Origin: the human T2T-CHM13v2.0 reference genome, Homo sapiens
Strand: one strand, 5' to 3'
Length of the DNA: 64,000 bases
Assembly (NCBI RefSeq): GCF_009914755.1
Contig: NC_060930.1
The notes under the pieces are model-generated. The model ran no database searches, was not told where the DNA came from, and saw only the letters and a list, made by a program, of their open reading frames with translations. Made by a program: the position numbers and the translations under genes. Positions 16,441 to 29,057 of the stretch are shown here, in pieces. Numbering within the stretch: the first letter of the stretch is position 1; each line of letters opens with the position of its first letter.

Positions 16441-16745
16441 GTATTTATTTTTGAGATAGGGTCTTGCTCTGTCACTTAGGCTGGAGTGCAATGGCGTGAT
16501 CATGGCCCACTGCAGCCTCCAAGTCCTGGGCTCAAAGGATCCTTTTACTTCAGCCTCCTGAGGAGCTGGGACTACAGGTGTGCACCACCACACCCCGCTA
16601 ACTTTTAAAATAAAAAAAAAATTGTAGAGAGATGGGGTGTCACCATGTTGCCCAGGCTGGTCTTGAACTCCTGGCCTCAAGTGATTCTCCTTCCTCGGCC
16701 TCCCAGACTGCTGGGATTACAGGTATGAGCCACTGTGCCCTGGCC
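16441..16745 (-). mobile_element. AluJ
   Basis: gatcatggcccactgcagcctc...cctgggctcaa; full dimer. Confidence 0.9.
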
Positions 16746-19157
16746 CTTTTAGTTTTTTAGAGGTGATATTCCTAGATCTCTTCTCACTTGCCCTGTTTCC
16801 TGTGAGAAATCTGCTCTTAACTTTGCTTTTGTCTTTGTTTTTCTGTACATAATGTGTCTCTTCTCTCTGAGTCGTTTTGCAATGTTTTCTTTGTCACTGG
16901 TTTTAAGCAGTTTGATTATGATGTACATAGATACAGTTTTCTTCAGATTTCTTATGTTTGGAATTGGTTGAGCTTCTTGGATTTATATTTTTCGTGAAAT
17001 CTGGAAAATTGTGGTCAATTATTTCTTCAGATACTTTCTGTTACTCTCCTCCTTTAGGTACTCCACTTGCATGTGTATGTGGCCACTTAAAACTTTTCCA
17101 CTACTGGTGCTCTGTTCATTTTTCTTTCAGTGATTTTTTTTTCCTTCTATATTGCATTTTGGATAATTTCTATTGCTTTATCTTCAAGTTTACCAATATT
17201 TCTTCTACAGTGTCTAATTTTCTGTTAACTCCTTCCTGTGTATTTTTCATCTCATTCATTTGCTTCAGTTTGGATCTTTTTAATATCATCCCTGTTTCTA
17301 CTTAACGTGTTTAGTCTTTCTTCTAGCTTTTTGAACATAACGAATATATAATACATATTTTAACACATTTTTTCCTACTAATTCTGACATCTGTCATTCC
17401 TTGGTGAATTGCTTTTGATTCTTCTGTACTTTGTATTATGTATTTTGTTTCTATTTTGCATGCCTGGTAATTTACTATAGGATATTGCCAAACATTGTTA
17501 ATTTTACCTTCTGATGCATTGGATATTTTTTACCTTCCTAATATCCGCGAGCTTTATTCTGGGATTACTTAGAAACACTTTGATCCATTTAGGTCTTCTT
17601 TTTAAGCCTTACTAGGCAGGACCAGTATAGAGTTTCGTCTGGGGATAGTTTTGCCCACTACCTATGCGAGACCTGTCTTAGCTCTGTAACCGATAACCCG
17701 TGAATTATGAGGTTTTCCCCTTGGCTGTTGAGAACTGGCACTATTCCTGGTCCTGTGTGAGCTCCAACTTTATTCCCTCTAATCCTTTTGTGTGGTTTGT
17801 TCCCTGACCTCAGGTAGATTTTTCAACACACATGATCAGTGTTCAGTTGAATGCTGAAGGGGTTCTTCTGCAGATCTCCAGAGTTCTTCGCGCAGCTCTC
17901 TTCTCTCCTTTACTCTGCCCTGAGAATTCTAGCTATCCTGACTTGTCCAGACTCCCGGCTCTGTCTCCTCAAATCAAGGAGACTTTTGGGCTCTCCCATG
18001 TTCTCCTTAGGTCTCACCCCTCTGGGGGGTCTGTGTCCTTGGTCACCTGGTGTCCTCTGTTTTGAGTGGTGTGATTTTATATATTTGTCTTTTTATTATT
18101 ATTATTATTATTATTAGTTTTTCATATGGAAGGGTAAAACTGGTTTATTATTCCATCCTGTCCAGATGTGGAAGTTTCTCTTTTTCATTTGAATCGTTTG
18201 GCTACTCCTTCTGGACCTTCCTTCCTGCAATTTTCTATTACATCTCATTCCCCTCTTCGCCTTCATTATATTCTTACATCTCTCTCATCACTTACTCTCT
18301 GTGTCTTTTTTGGTCTTCTTTTCTGATGCAGCTTAATGTTTGTGACAGGAACTCTTTGAAAGGGTGGCTGGTGTTTTCCTTCTCAGAGAAGAATTTGACT
18401 GGGAGATGGATACAATCCTAAAGATGCATTTTTAGATCTGTTTTACAAAACCAGAATTTTTATGAATTTTATTTTCTAGAACACATCAGTGAATTGTGCT
18501 TTCATGTATCTCTTAAGATATCTAAAACACACTTATTTTAAAGTCTCAGATTGTTTCATAAAAATAATCTCAACTGAGGTAAGTTAATGTTTGATTATTT
18601 GTTCTGCTGGCTGTATTACTTAGCATTAGATTTGTCCATATGTTTTAGAATTTTGGGTTGCAGGGTCATATTCAGAGGAAGGTTTTTTTGTTCTTTACCG
18701 TTTCTCTGTTTTCTTCGTTCCTGTCCTTCTCCCCCATCCCCCGTCTCTTACTATTCACCCTATAAGTGGATTTGCAGGTGATTCCACCCAATTCTCTAGG
18801 CTTGAAATCCAGAGTGAGATTTCCCAGGGATCCATCAGATGTCTAGCACCCATACAATGAGGGGATGGAGCTGATCCTAGGCCTATGGCTTGGATCCCTA
18901 ATCTTAAAGCTCCTTAGATCTACAGCCCCATGCTGCATTTGGGTGACAGTATTTGACTTCCTTCTGGCACCGTCATGGAGCTTATCCCATCCCAGCCTCT
19001 GACTTGAAGCTTTTTGCCTCCCTCCTGCCCCAAGCCCACAGTGTGCCATCCTGCAGGAGGCAGGCTCCTGGTTCTTCTTGGTTGTGGACCCCAAGCCCAG
19101 CAGGCTCACTTTATCCTCTCTTCCTGTTTTGCTTCTGGCCTGTGGAGGTTTACATTT

Positions 19158-21545
19158 TGTATTAGTCCATTTTCACATTGCTGATAAAGACATACCCGAG
19201 ACTGGAAAGAAAAACAGGTTTAATGGAGTTACAGTTCCACCTGGCTGGGGAGGCCTTACAATCGTGGCAGAAGGCGAAAGACACGTCTCACAAGGCAGCA
19301 GGCAAGAAAAGAGAGCTTGTGCAGGGAAACTCCCATTTTTAAAACCATCAACTCTTGTGAGACTTATTCACTGCAACAAGAACAGCATGGGAAAGACCTA
19401 CCCCCATGATTCAATTACTTCCCACTGTGCCCCTCCCACAACACATGGGAATTCAAGATGAGATTTGGGTGGGGACACAGCCAAACCATATCATTCCATC
19501 CCTGGCCCCTCCCAAATCTCATGTCCTCACATTTCAAAACCAATCATGCCTTCTCAACAGTGCCCCAAAGTCTTAACTCATTTCAGTGTTAACTCAAAAG
19601 TTCACAGTCTCAAATCTCATCTGAGATAGGGCAAGTCATTTTTGTCTATGACCCTGTAAAATCCAAAGCAAGTTAGTTACTTCCTAGATACAATGGGGGT
19701 ACTGGCATTGGGTAAATACAGCCTTTCCAAATGGGAGAAATTGGCCAAAACAAAGGAGCTACCAGGCCCCATGCAAGTGTGAAATCCAGTGGGGCAGTAA
19801 AATCTTAAAGCTCCAGAATGATCTCCTTCAACGCCATGTCTCACATACAGGTCCTGCTGATGCAAGAGGTATGTTCCCATGGTTTTGGGCAGCTCTGCCC
19901 CTGTGGCTTTGCAGGGTACAGCCTCCTTCCAAGCTGCTTCCATAGGCTGGTGTTGAGTGTCTGCGGCTTTTCTAGGTGCCTGGTGCAAGCTGTTGACTTC
20001 CTTCTGGCACCGTCATGGAGCTTATCCCATCCCAGACTCTGACTTGAAGCTTTTTGCCTCCCTCCTGCCGCAAGCCCACAGTGTGCCATCCTGCAGGAGG
20101 CAGGCTCCTGGTTCTTCTTGGTTGTGGACCCCAGACCCATTCTGGGGTCTGGAGGGGTCTGGAGGACGGCGTCCTTCTTCTCACAGCTCCACTAAGTGGT
20201 GCCCCAGCAGGGATTCTGTGTGGGGGCTCCTACCCAAAATTTCCCTTCTGCACTGCCCTAGCAGAGGTTCTCCATGAGAACTCCACCCCTACAGCAAACT
20301 TCTGCCTGGGCATCCAGGCATTTCCATGCATCTTGTGAAATCTAGGTGGAGGTTCCCAAACCTCAATTCTTGACTTCTGTGTACTCACAGGCTCCACACC
20401 ACATGGAAGCTGCTAAGGTTTGAGGCCTGCACCCTCCGAAGCCACAGCCCGAGCTCTACATTGACCCCTTTCAGCCACATAACAACTGGGACACAGGGCA
20501 CCAAGTCCCTAGGCTGCACACAGCATGGGGACCCTGGGCCTGGCTCATGAAACCACTTTTTCCTTGTAGGCCTCCAGGCCTGTGATGAGAAGGGCTGCCA
20601 CAAAGACCTCTGACATGTCCCAGAGACATTTTCCCCATTGTCTTGGGGATTAACTTTCACCTTCTTGTTACTTATGCCAATTTCTGCAGCCAGTTTGAAT
20701 TTCTCCTCAGAAAATGGGATTTTCTTTTCTATCGCATTGTCAGCCTACAGATTTTCCAAACTTTTATGCTCTGCTTTCCTTATAAAGCCAAATGCCTTTA
20801 ACAGCACCCAAGTCACCTCTTGAATGCTTTGCTGCTTAGATATTTCTTCTGCCAGATACCCTAAATCATGTCTCTCAAGTTCAAAGTTCCACAAATCTCT
20901 AAAACAGAGGCAAAATGCTGCCAGTCTCTTTGCTAAAACATAACAAAAGTTACTTTGCTCCATTTCCGAACAAGTTCCTCATCTCCATCTGAGACCATCT
21001 CAGCCTGGACTTCATTGTCCATATCACTATCAGCTTTTGGTCAAAGCCATTCAACAAGTCTCTAGGGAATTTCAAACTTTCCCACATTTTTCTGTTTTCT
21101 TCTGAGCTCTCCAAACTATTCTAACCTCTTCCTGTTACCCAGTTTCAAAGTCACTTCCACATTTTTGGATGTCTTTTCAGCAGCACCCCACTCTGCTGGC
21201 ACCAATTTACTGTATTAGTTTGTTTTCACCCTGGTGATAAAAACATACCTGAGACTGGGAGGAAAAATAGGCTTAATGGACTCACAGTTTCATATGGCTG
21301 GGGAGGCCTCACAATCATGGCAGAAGGTGAAAGGCCCATCTGACATGGTGGCAGACAAGAGAAGAGAGCTTGTACAGGGAAACTCCCGTTTTTAAACCCG
21401 TCAGATCTCATGAGACTTATTCACTATCACGAGAACAGCATGGGAAAACCTGCCCCCATGATTCAGTTACCTCCCACTGGGCCCCTTCCACAATGCGTGG
21501 GAATTCAAGATGAGATTTGGGTGGGGACACAGCCAAACCATATCA
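19158..21545 (-). mobile_element. Full-length THE1 (MaLR) element: LTR 19158-19493, internal 19494-21210, LTR 21211-21545; antisense to FARS2
   Basis: Two ~335-bp LTRs reading TGTATTAG...CCATATCA (reverse complement of THE1 TGATATGG...CTAATACA), THE1-int between them, and a 5-bp TSD CATTT/CCTTT with one mismatch. Confidence 0.95.
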
Positions 21546-21769
21546 CCTTTTATCTTTCAACTTAGACTATGCCTGTTTGGTTCTCTCTCTCTCTCTCTCT
21601 TTTTTTTTTAAATCATAAATGTCACTGTTGTGTGTTAGGAGAACAAGGACACAGACCGTGCCTTCTTGGTCTCATGAGTGTGCTTTGTGTTGGAAGCTGA
21701 GTTAATGTGGTGTTGCACTGTCTGCTCCAGTGGAGGGCAGCATGGGGCTGTGCTGTCCCACACACCTGG

Positions 21770-22300
21770 TTCTGATCCTGGCATTTACTCTCTACTGTAA
21801 ACTGAGATTAGATACGTGAGCTGTTGCAGTCACATTTCCCTCATCTGCAAAGTGGGAATGAGAGTAACGATTGTTCAGTGTATATGCCAGCCTCACATCA
21901 GCGTAAGCATGAAGTGAGAGCAGGCATGGGACGTGTTTAGCACAGTGCCCAGCATATAGTAAATGAACAGTAAATGTCAGTTACCCAGGAACACAATTTA
22001 GACATGCTTATTTTTTCATATTTTATTAAAAAGTGAGATGTTTCAGATTATGAGCTGAATTTCATGACATTCAATGAAAAAAAATACCCACTGAGTGTTA
22101 ATGAGCTGCTAGGTACTGTGTTAGGCTTTTTACACACTTCCCCATGCTGAATTGTCACAGAAACTCTGTGAGATATTCTTATTTTTGACAAAATTGAAGC
22201 AGTGCGAGGTTAAGTAACTGGCCTGAGGTCACTCAGCTGCAAGTGATAAAGCTGGGATTTGCTTCTAGATCTGTGCTGGCTCTTAGATCCAGGCTGTCCC
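21770..22300. mobile_element. Two MIR relics in opposite orientation
   Basis: ttccctcatctgcaaagtgggaatga...agcacagtgcccagcatatagtaa; and gaggttaagtaactggcctgaggtcactcagct. Confidence 0.7.
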
Positions 22301-23479
22301 CCACCCGACCAGCTTTGTGGAGGCTGGTGTGTGAGCCTTCTGTTTACAATGCCTCTCTGTGTAGCCTGCAGGGATCTGAAGATAGTTTCCTTCGAGAACA
22401 GGTTGACGAGGAGGATCGAGGACCAAAGGGCTGTGCTGTGGCTCTGCCTGAGGCCGGGATGCTATTGGACTGTCCCCTCTGCTGCTTGATAGAGAGCACG
22501 GGAGTGATCACTTACCCTGGTGCCTCTGAACCCATACCCAGATTTCAGAATGAGGGGCCCATTAAATTGTGCCATACTCCATTTCTCATTTCATTGTGAG
22601 GTAGAGAAACGATCATATCATCTTACGATCCAAGCACTAGTCAAAAGGATCCCTGTGTAGAGGAGTCCCAGGGGAACAGTGTGAAACTGCACTTGCACAC
22701 ATTGGTCTTTCTGCCAAGCAGAAGAATAATAGCTGTGGGACCAGTTATACCATTGCCAATGGTGGAGGAAATCGCCTGCCTTTTATTTTTCCCCTATTGC
22801 TTTGTGTTTGTCTTAGCAGGAGTCATTGTGGCTGAAATAGTGTTAATATCTTCTGTATGCTTGGGAGGTCCCACACTGGAGGATTTTATTACCCTCTGTG
22901 AGAGGGAAGAGGTGGTATTTACCATTAACTTTGTAGTAGGAATGGTTTTATTCCACTTGGCACTCTGCAGCGCTGGACTCCAGGGTACATGGTTGTGTGG
23001 ACGCATAGGATATATATGGCGCTCTTAAAGAGTCACAGTGGTGGCATTGCCAGGTTTGTAAGGCCCTAGATAGGGATGAAGTGTAGGTCATGAATGACTT
23101 CATGCTGCGTGTGAGGTGGGCTTTGGAAACAGAATCAGTATTTGTATTCCCACATGGATGCTTCAGGCCTTAAAAGTGCCTCCTCTTCCTTATGACTGCC
23201 AGCCACATTTACTGAGTCCAGAAGACACTCTTTTCTTCTCTTAGGGGAGAGACGAGATGTAAACAGCAAGGGCAAGGAAGGCAGCCCTGGGAATCGTGTC
23301 TGTGGGTACTCAACTGTTGCTTTATCTAAGTGGGAGCTGCGTAAGAGGGTCGAGCTGGTGTTCTTTTATCAGCAAAGCCCTGGATCTTTGTCTGGGACCT
23401 ACACTCTCATTGTATTCTTCCACCAGTTAGTTCTATGGCCTTGGCGCCTGTGGAAAGTATTGAGCTAATGTTAGTGCAA

Positions 23480-24010
23480 AATATTATACAACACCTATCG
23501 AGGGCGTTTTGGCAATATTTATTAAAATCATAAAAGCATTTACTCTTCAACTCAACAGGGTATTTAGTCACAGCATTGCTTTCAGTAGCACAACACTGAA
23601 TATTCTCCAAGTGTGTATCAGTAAGACTTCTTATATGAATGTGGGCCACATGCAGGAATCTTTGGTAGGAGTAAGAAAAGGACTGAGGGCGTGCTCTATG
23701 CATTCATGTGGAGAGGCCTCCAGACACATCATTCAGTGAAAAAAGCGTGGTGCCGAATAAAGTACACACTATGCTGCTTGTTATATAACAAAGGAAGGAA
23801 AATAGAAACAGATATTTGTATTGGCTTAACATCTGGCAGTAAAAAGGAAACCCTGAGAGTTTACCGTAAGGGTCCAGGAGATTGGGGTAAGATGGGAAAG
23901 GGAGGTAAGTGAGACTTCTTTGTCATGCCCTATTACATAATGAGATGGATCCTGTTATAGTATTTTGATTTTGAACCTTGTGAACATATTTCCTATTCAA
24001 AACAAAACAA
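23480..24010 (+). mobile_element. Old L1ME 3' region
   Basis: ttggcaatatttattaaaat...cacagcattg...caagtgtgtatcagtaaga, typical of L1ME 3' ends. Confidence 0.5.
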
Positions 24011-25851
24011 TTTATAAAAGAATGCTGTTAGAGCACTATTGAAACATCATGAAAAAATGGGCTCTATCAAAAGGTTGCGGGTCTTCAACAGAAGCAGAAT
24101 AGATGGAATCATCAGATGTCTTTGACAGTGGCGGCTGCACGATTTCCCGTGGTTAGATTGTGGTTATCGAGGATGATCCCAGCTCTTTAAGAATTTGTTT
24201 CCAGCCAGAGAGTCCCCTCCTTCCTTTTTCTTTCCACGTTCCTTTCCTTCCTTGGATACTAGCTGTTCAGAAAGTGTGAGTGGCAACCCTGATATTAGAC
24301 CACTATATTCTACTATTTTTCTGGTGTCAACTGAGGGAAAATCTATTTTGAAAATAATGCCAAACACCAGTGGTTAATGGCATATTTGTTCAGTTAATTT
24401 TAAAAAATTATTCATGGAGGGTACCCCTGGTTTGGTGTAGAAAATCACTGGTATATGCTCTAGTTTGGGCCACTGATCTTTCAAAATTTAGATTCTACCA
24501 TCTGTGGAAGGCAGTTCTGATAGGAAAGTCCCATCTTTAAATACAAACGGTATGGGAAACAGCAGAAGAATCTCTTTAATGAGTCAATAAATCAGGGAAA
24601 TGGAACGTGATGTTTATTCAGAATGAGATCCTTAACGAAGGTGGGATGGAATGGAATGACGTCTACTTAAATGTTTATAGTATGTCAGACAGAGTGCTCA
24701 GGCCCTTCAGGGATTGGTGGGAAGAGACCAAACACACACACACACACACCCGCCCTGCACGTGTCCCTGGCTGGTCTTGCCAAAGGTGCAGAAGTCGGGA
24801 GGCTGGTACACAGAGCAGGCGAGGTACAGTGCTGCCTTCCCCATCCCTGTGGCAGGTAATGTCCTGCTGGAGTTGAGACAGGCTTAGAATTCTTGCTATA
24901 CCTCTTCCATTTGGGCTCATGTCACTGTCCTGGAGGAATTTCTACTTATTTCTGAAGTCCCACTTGAGTGATTGCTTCTGGACTTTGGGCTCTCCTCATT
25001 CTTGAACAAACTCAACATCCTTATTCAGAGGAGAAATTTGAGTCAGTGTCCAGATCTCCAAAGAGGATTGCTGCCTCTTGAGAAAACCTGGGCTCCCACA
25101 GGGTCTTTTCTTGAAACCACTGGGTGAGGGCAATCATTATCCACGGTGTAGAGAAGAGGCAGGTGGGGCTCAAAGAGGATAAGTAAGCTTCCAGCGGTTT
25201 CACAGGAAAAATGGTGGAAGGCTGAGGCTTGAACCCAGGTGTGGTTTTTTTTTCTAAAGTATACTTTCTTTTATGTGGCTCTAGGCTGAAAATTGAGGTG
25301 TATAATTTTTGACAGTTGCTGTAATCTCAGAGTTCTGAAGCCGTTAAAAAAGCTCTGAGCTTCATCTGTGTGGTTTAGGAAATTAAAAGACACAAGGAAA
25401 TAGGAAAAAAAACCTTGGCATTATTTTCCACTAGATATATAGTTCATATATACACTTAATTTTCCTCTATAGCCCCAATAAGAAGTTAGTCTTATGCATA
25501 ATGAATCCATATGATTTGGATATGCTTACTGAAAATTCTCCTCTATTAATATATAACACAAAATACGTAATTTTTAGTAAATATTCTGACTTCTAATACT
25601 TGACATGTGAAATAAGTCACACTCAACATAGTTTTGAGCTAGTTATTTGGCATTGTATCTTTTAATACAAGAAGCATGTCAAGATGCTTTTTCAACTAGA
25701 TATAATAATACCTACAGTAATTTTGAGATCATAGATTGAAAAACAAGAAGAAAGTGTATTTTGGGGGTAATATCAAAGTATTCAAGAAATAATTTCACTA
25801 CCAATGATTTTTTAAAAAATCTCTGTTAATGTGTCAATGTAACAATTAATT

Positions 25852-26146
<295 letters not shown>

Positions 26147-26304
26147 CTCAATGTCACAAATTTAAATTGTTAAAATGTGTAAGAAAATATGGTATATTGG
26201 GAAAAAGTTCACATTAATATAATTTACTTTCAAATAATTACTATTTATGTTTGAAGTAGAGACACAGTGTACTCAAAAATAGTGCTTTGCAAATTTTGGC
26301 CTTT

Positions 26305-26599
26305 TTTATTTTTAGTTGACACATCATTGTACACATTTATGGGGTACAGAGTGACATTTTAATACATGTATACAATGTGTGATGATCGAATCAGGGAAAT
26401 TAGCATATCCATCATGATATTCTCTTCAATAAATGATTCTGGGCAAGTCCTGTCTTTCTCACCGTATACAAACCCAACTCAAAATGGTTTGAAGACTTAA
26501 ATGTAAGACCCGAAACCATAAAACTACTAGAAGAAAACAGATGAATTACTTCAGGACATTGGTGTAGGCAAAGGTTTTATGGATAAGACTTCAAAAGCA
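26305..26599. mobile_element. Short 5'-inverted L1MA insertion (antisense 3' end 26305-26414 plus sense ORF2 fragment 26421-26599)
   Basis: ttgtacacatttatggggtacagagtga... is an antisense L1MA 3' end. aactcaaaatgg...gacttaaatgtaagacc...aaactactagaagaaaac is sense ORF2. Degenerate TSD at 26290-26304 / 26600-26614. Confidence 0.75.
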
Positions 26600-28109
26600 C
26601 AGATTTTGACTTTTGTCTATTTATGTGAAAGAGGCAAATCTTAAAAACTGAAGAAGTCCTTAAAGTAGCAGAACAAAGGAAATGAATGGTGTATAGATTT
26701 GGCATTCTTTGTGGGGTCATGTAGATTTTAAAACGAAACTGAGCAGAGGATCTGAGGGGGTAAAAAGGATTAAAAACTTCCTGGTCTCATTAGACACAAC
26801 TTTTACCAGTCTGTGTTTTCTGTTTTAGTTACTATGGTAGTATCAATAGATTCTGCTCCATTAAATCGTTCGTGTTTATCATCTTGGTGGATTCTGAAAA
26901 ACATCGGCTAACTTCCCTGCTTTTCTTGCTTTGCTATCTGTAGTTTTCACTGTGGAGCAGTTACCCACGTTGTTACCAAAAAAGACACCTGCAGGATGAT
27001 TGAGGAAGAAGAAACTGAGGGCTTGTGGTGGCTGAGATCTTAAACCAAAAAAAGAGCAAGGGTTGATAAAACATATTTTATCTTAAGAATTTGTTCAACA
27101 TTACAGAAATTTTCAATCCAAAGCTATAATTGTTTTTTCTCATTATAGAAGTGGTAAACCAAAAGCCCTTCAGTGAAGGAAGGTTCCTGGAGAAGGGAGA
27201 GCCATCACATCACTTCTCAGTTCTATCCTTGTGTTGTGCTGACGCCATCAGCACCAGCAGCTCTAGTGGGTGTGTGTAAACAGGGACCTGTCTCTGCGGA
27301 GACGCGGCTTCCTATGAGACCATATGCAGTAGACATTTAGTTAGGGTTTAATAAACATTGATTATGGAATGACTTTAATCAACACTTGTAATTGTTTTCA
27401 GTGCTTATTAATGTCTTGAAATGTCTTCCTCTTGGACTAGGGAGAACCTAAGATATTACAGTTGTGAGAGATGGAGTTGTATAACTGAACTCTTCCATAT
27501 TTATTTAACCTATCCAAAATGATTTTTTTAACAGAACCTAAGAGCAAACTGAGAAAGTAAACTTGTGTAGCACTTACTTTACCACTGTGTTCCAAGCATT
27601 TAGGTAATGTTTAATTACATAAAATTAATTATATTTAATTATATGAAATCATGATGTTAACCCTGAGTCCTGTTCCTGCTTTTGGTAAAATTCAGGCCAA
27701 ATATCCAAAGCCATGTACACAAAATATATTGTTCCAAACTGTTGTCATAAAATGTTTTCCGCTTACGTGCCAAGAGTTATAAAAAAAGAAAGATAGAAAT
27801 TATTTTGTCTGTCAGTCCTTCTGCACTCACTTCCATGTCCCAAGACCTCACACATTTCTGTTTGTTAGCAGGATTGTCTCTGGTGCTTTTTACAAAAATA
27901 TTGATAGGGAATTGTTGGTCCCAAAGATGGGCAGGGATACAGGTGTATAAATCCCTTCTTCTCAGAATACAGTCCCAAATAAGCAGTGGCTCTGCGTGTC
28001 TGAGCTTCCACACAGAAAAGTTGACTACTCAGGGGACGTGGGGACAGTTCTCCAATGGCCTGCAACAAGACCAGCTTTTTTTTCCCAGTTAGAAAAAGTG
28101 TTGATGCAA

Positions 28110-28480
28110 TCTCGGCAATAAAAAGGAATGAACTATTGATAGGTGCAACAACACAGGTGAATCTTAAAATAACCCTGATGAAAGAAGCAAGAAAAAAAGG
28201 AGTACATTCTGTATGTTTTCATTTTTATAAAATTCTAGGAAATGCAAACTCATCTATAGTGGCAGAACAAATCAGTGGTTGCCTACAGATGTGGGGGGTC
28301 AGGAGAAGAGTGGGGCAGTGGGCAGGTGGGTAGGATTACAAAGGGGCATGAGAAAGCTGGGAGGTGATGTTTATGTTCATTGTCTTGATTGTGGTGACAG
28401 TATCATGGGTGCATATCTGTGTGAACATTTGTCACATTATACACTTTATATCTGTGCACTTTAATGTTTGTCTATTTAAC
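28110..28480 (+). mobile_element. L1ME/MD-type 3' end
   Basis: gcaataaaaaggaatgaactattgata...aaattctaggaaatgcaaact...tgttcattgtcttgattgtggtga. Confidence 0.8.
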
Positions 28481-28744
28481 ACAGAGAAAATAAGAGGGGG
28501 AAATATTGTATTACTGTTGTAAACAGAAATCAGTTGACACTTGTCATAGACAGCAGCTAAGAAGGAAAATAAATGCAATTAAAACAAATCAATTAAAGAA
28601 AAATCTGCCTTCTCCTGTGGAATCTGGGCCATAGGAAAGCCTCCCTGTGTTTGATAATTACACTCTTGTCTAATGTTTGACTCTCAAAATATCTTTTTTG
28701 ATGGGCAGGCAATTATGTTTTAACTGTCAAGAGCTGGGTTTTGG

Positions 28745-29057
28745 GGCCGAGTGCCGTGGCTCCTGCCTATAATCCCAGCACTTTGGGAGTTTGAGTCAGG
28801 AGGATTGCTTGAGGCCAGAAGTTCAAGACCAGCCTGGTCAACACAGCGAGACCTCATCTCTAAAGTAAAAAAAGTAGAGAAATTAGCCAGGCATGATGAC
28901 GCGTGCTTGTAGTCCCAGCTACTCAGAGGCTGAGCCAGGAGGATTGCTTGAGCCCAGGAGTTTGCAGTTACAATGAACTATGACTGGGGAGCCACTGCAG
29001 TCCAGCCTGGGTGACAGTGTGAGATCCTATCAAACAACACAAAACAAAAAAACAACA
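28745..29057 (+). mobile_element. AluJ inserted in a MIR
   Basis: Dimer with gaggattgcttgaggccag. TSD-like CAAGAGC(T/A)GGG..TTTTGG. Confidence 0.9.

Larger units (their letters stand above)
13468..18180 (-). mobile_element. Long degenerate L1M (antisense) carrying four nested Alus
   Basis: 3' UTR motifs (aaagtgtacaatttgata, accatcaccacaatcaagata). ORF2 remnants in the ORF track at 15429-15653 (FNKRCWNNWISIWK; ITNLNIKLKTIKLLQENI). Confidence 0.8.

Noticed and set aside
18843-20338. Paired similar ORFs resembling a duplicated small gene (MTSFWHRHGAYPIP...)
   Set aside because: The similarity is fully explained by the 141-bp DNA duplication; flanking frames run into unrelated THE1 sequence.
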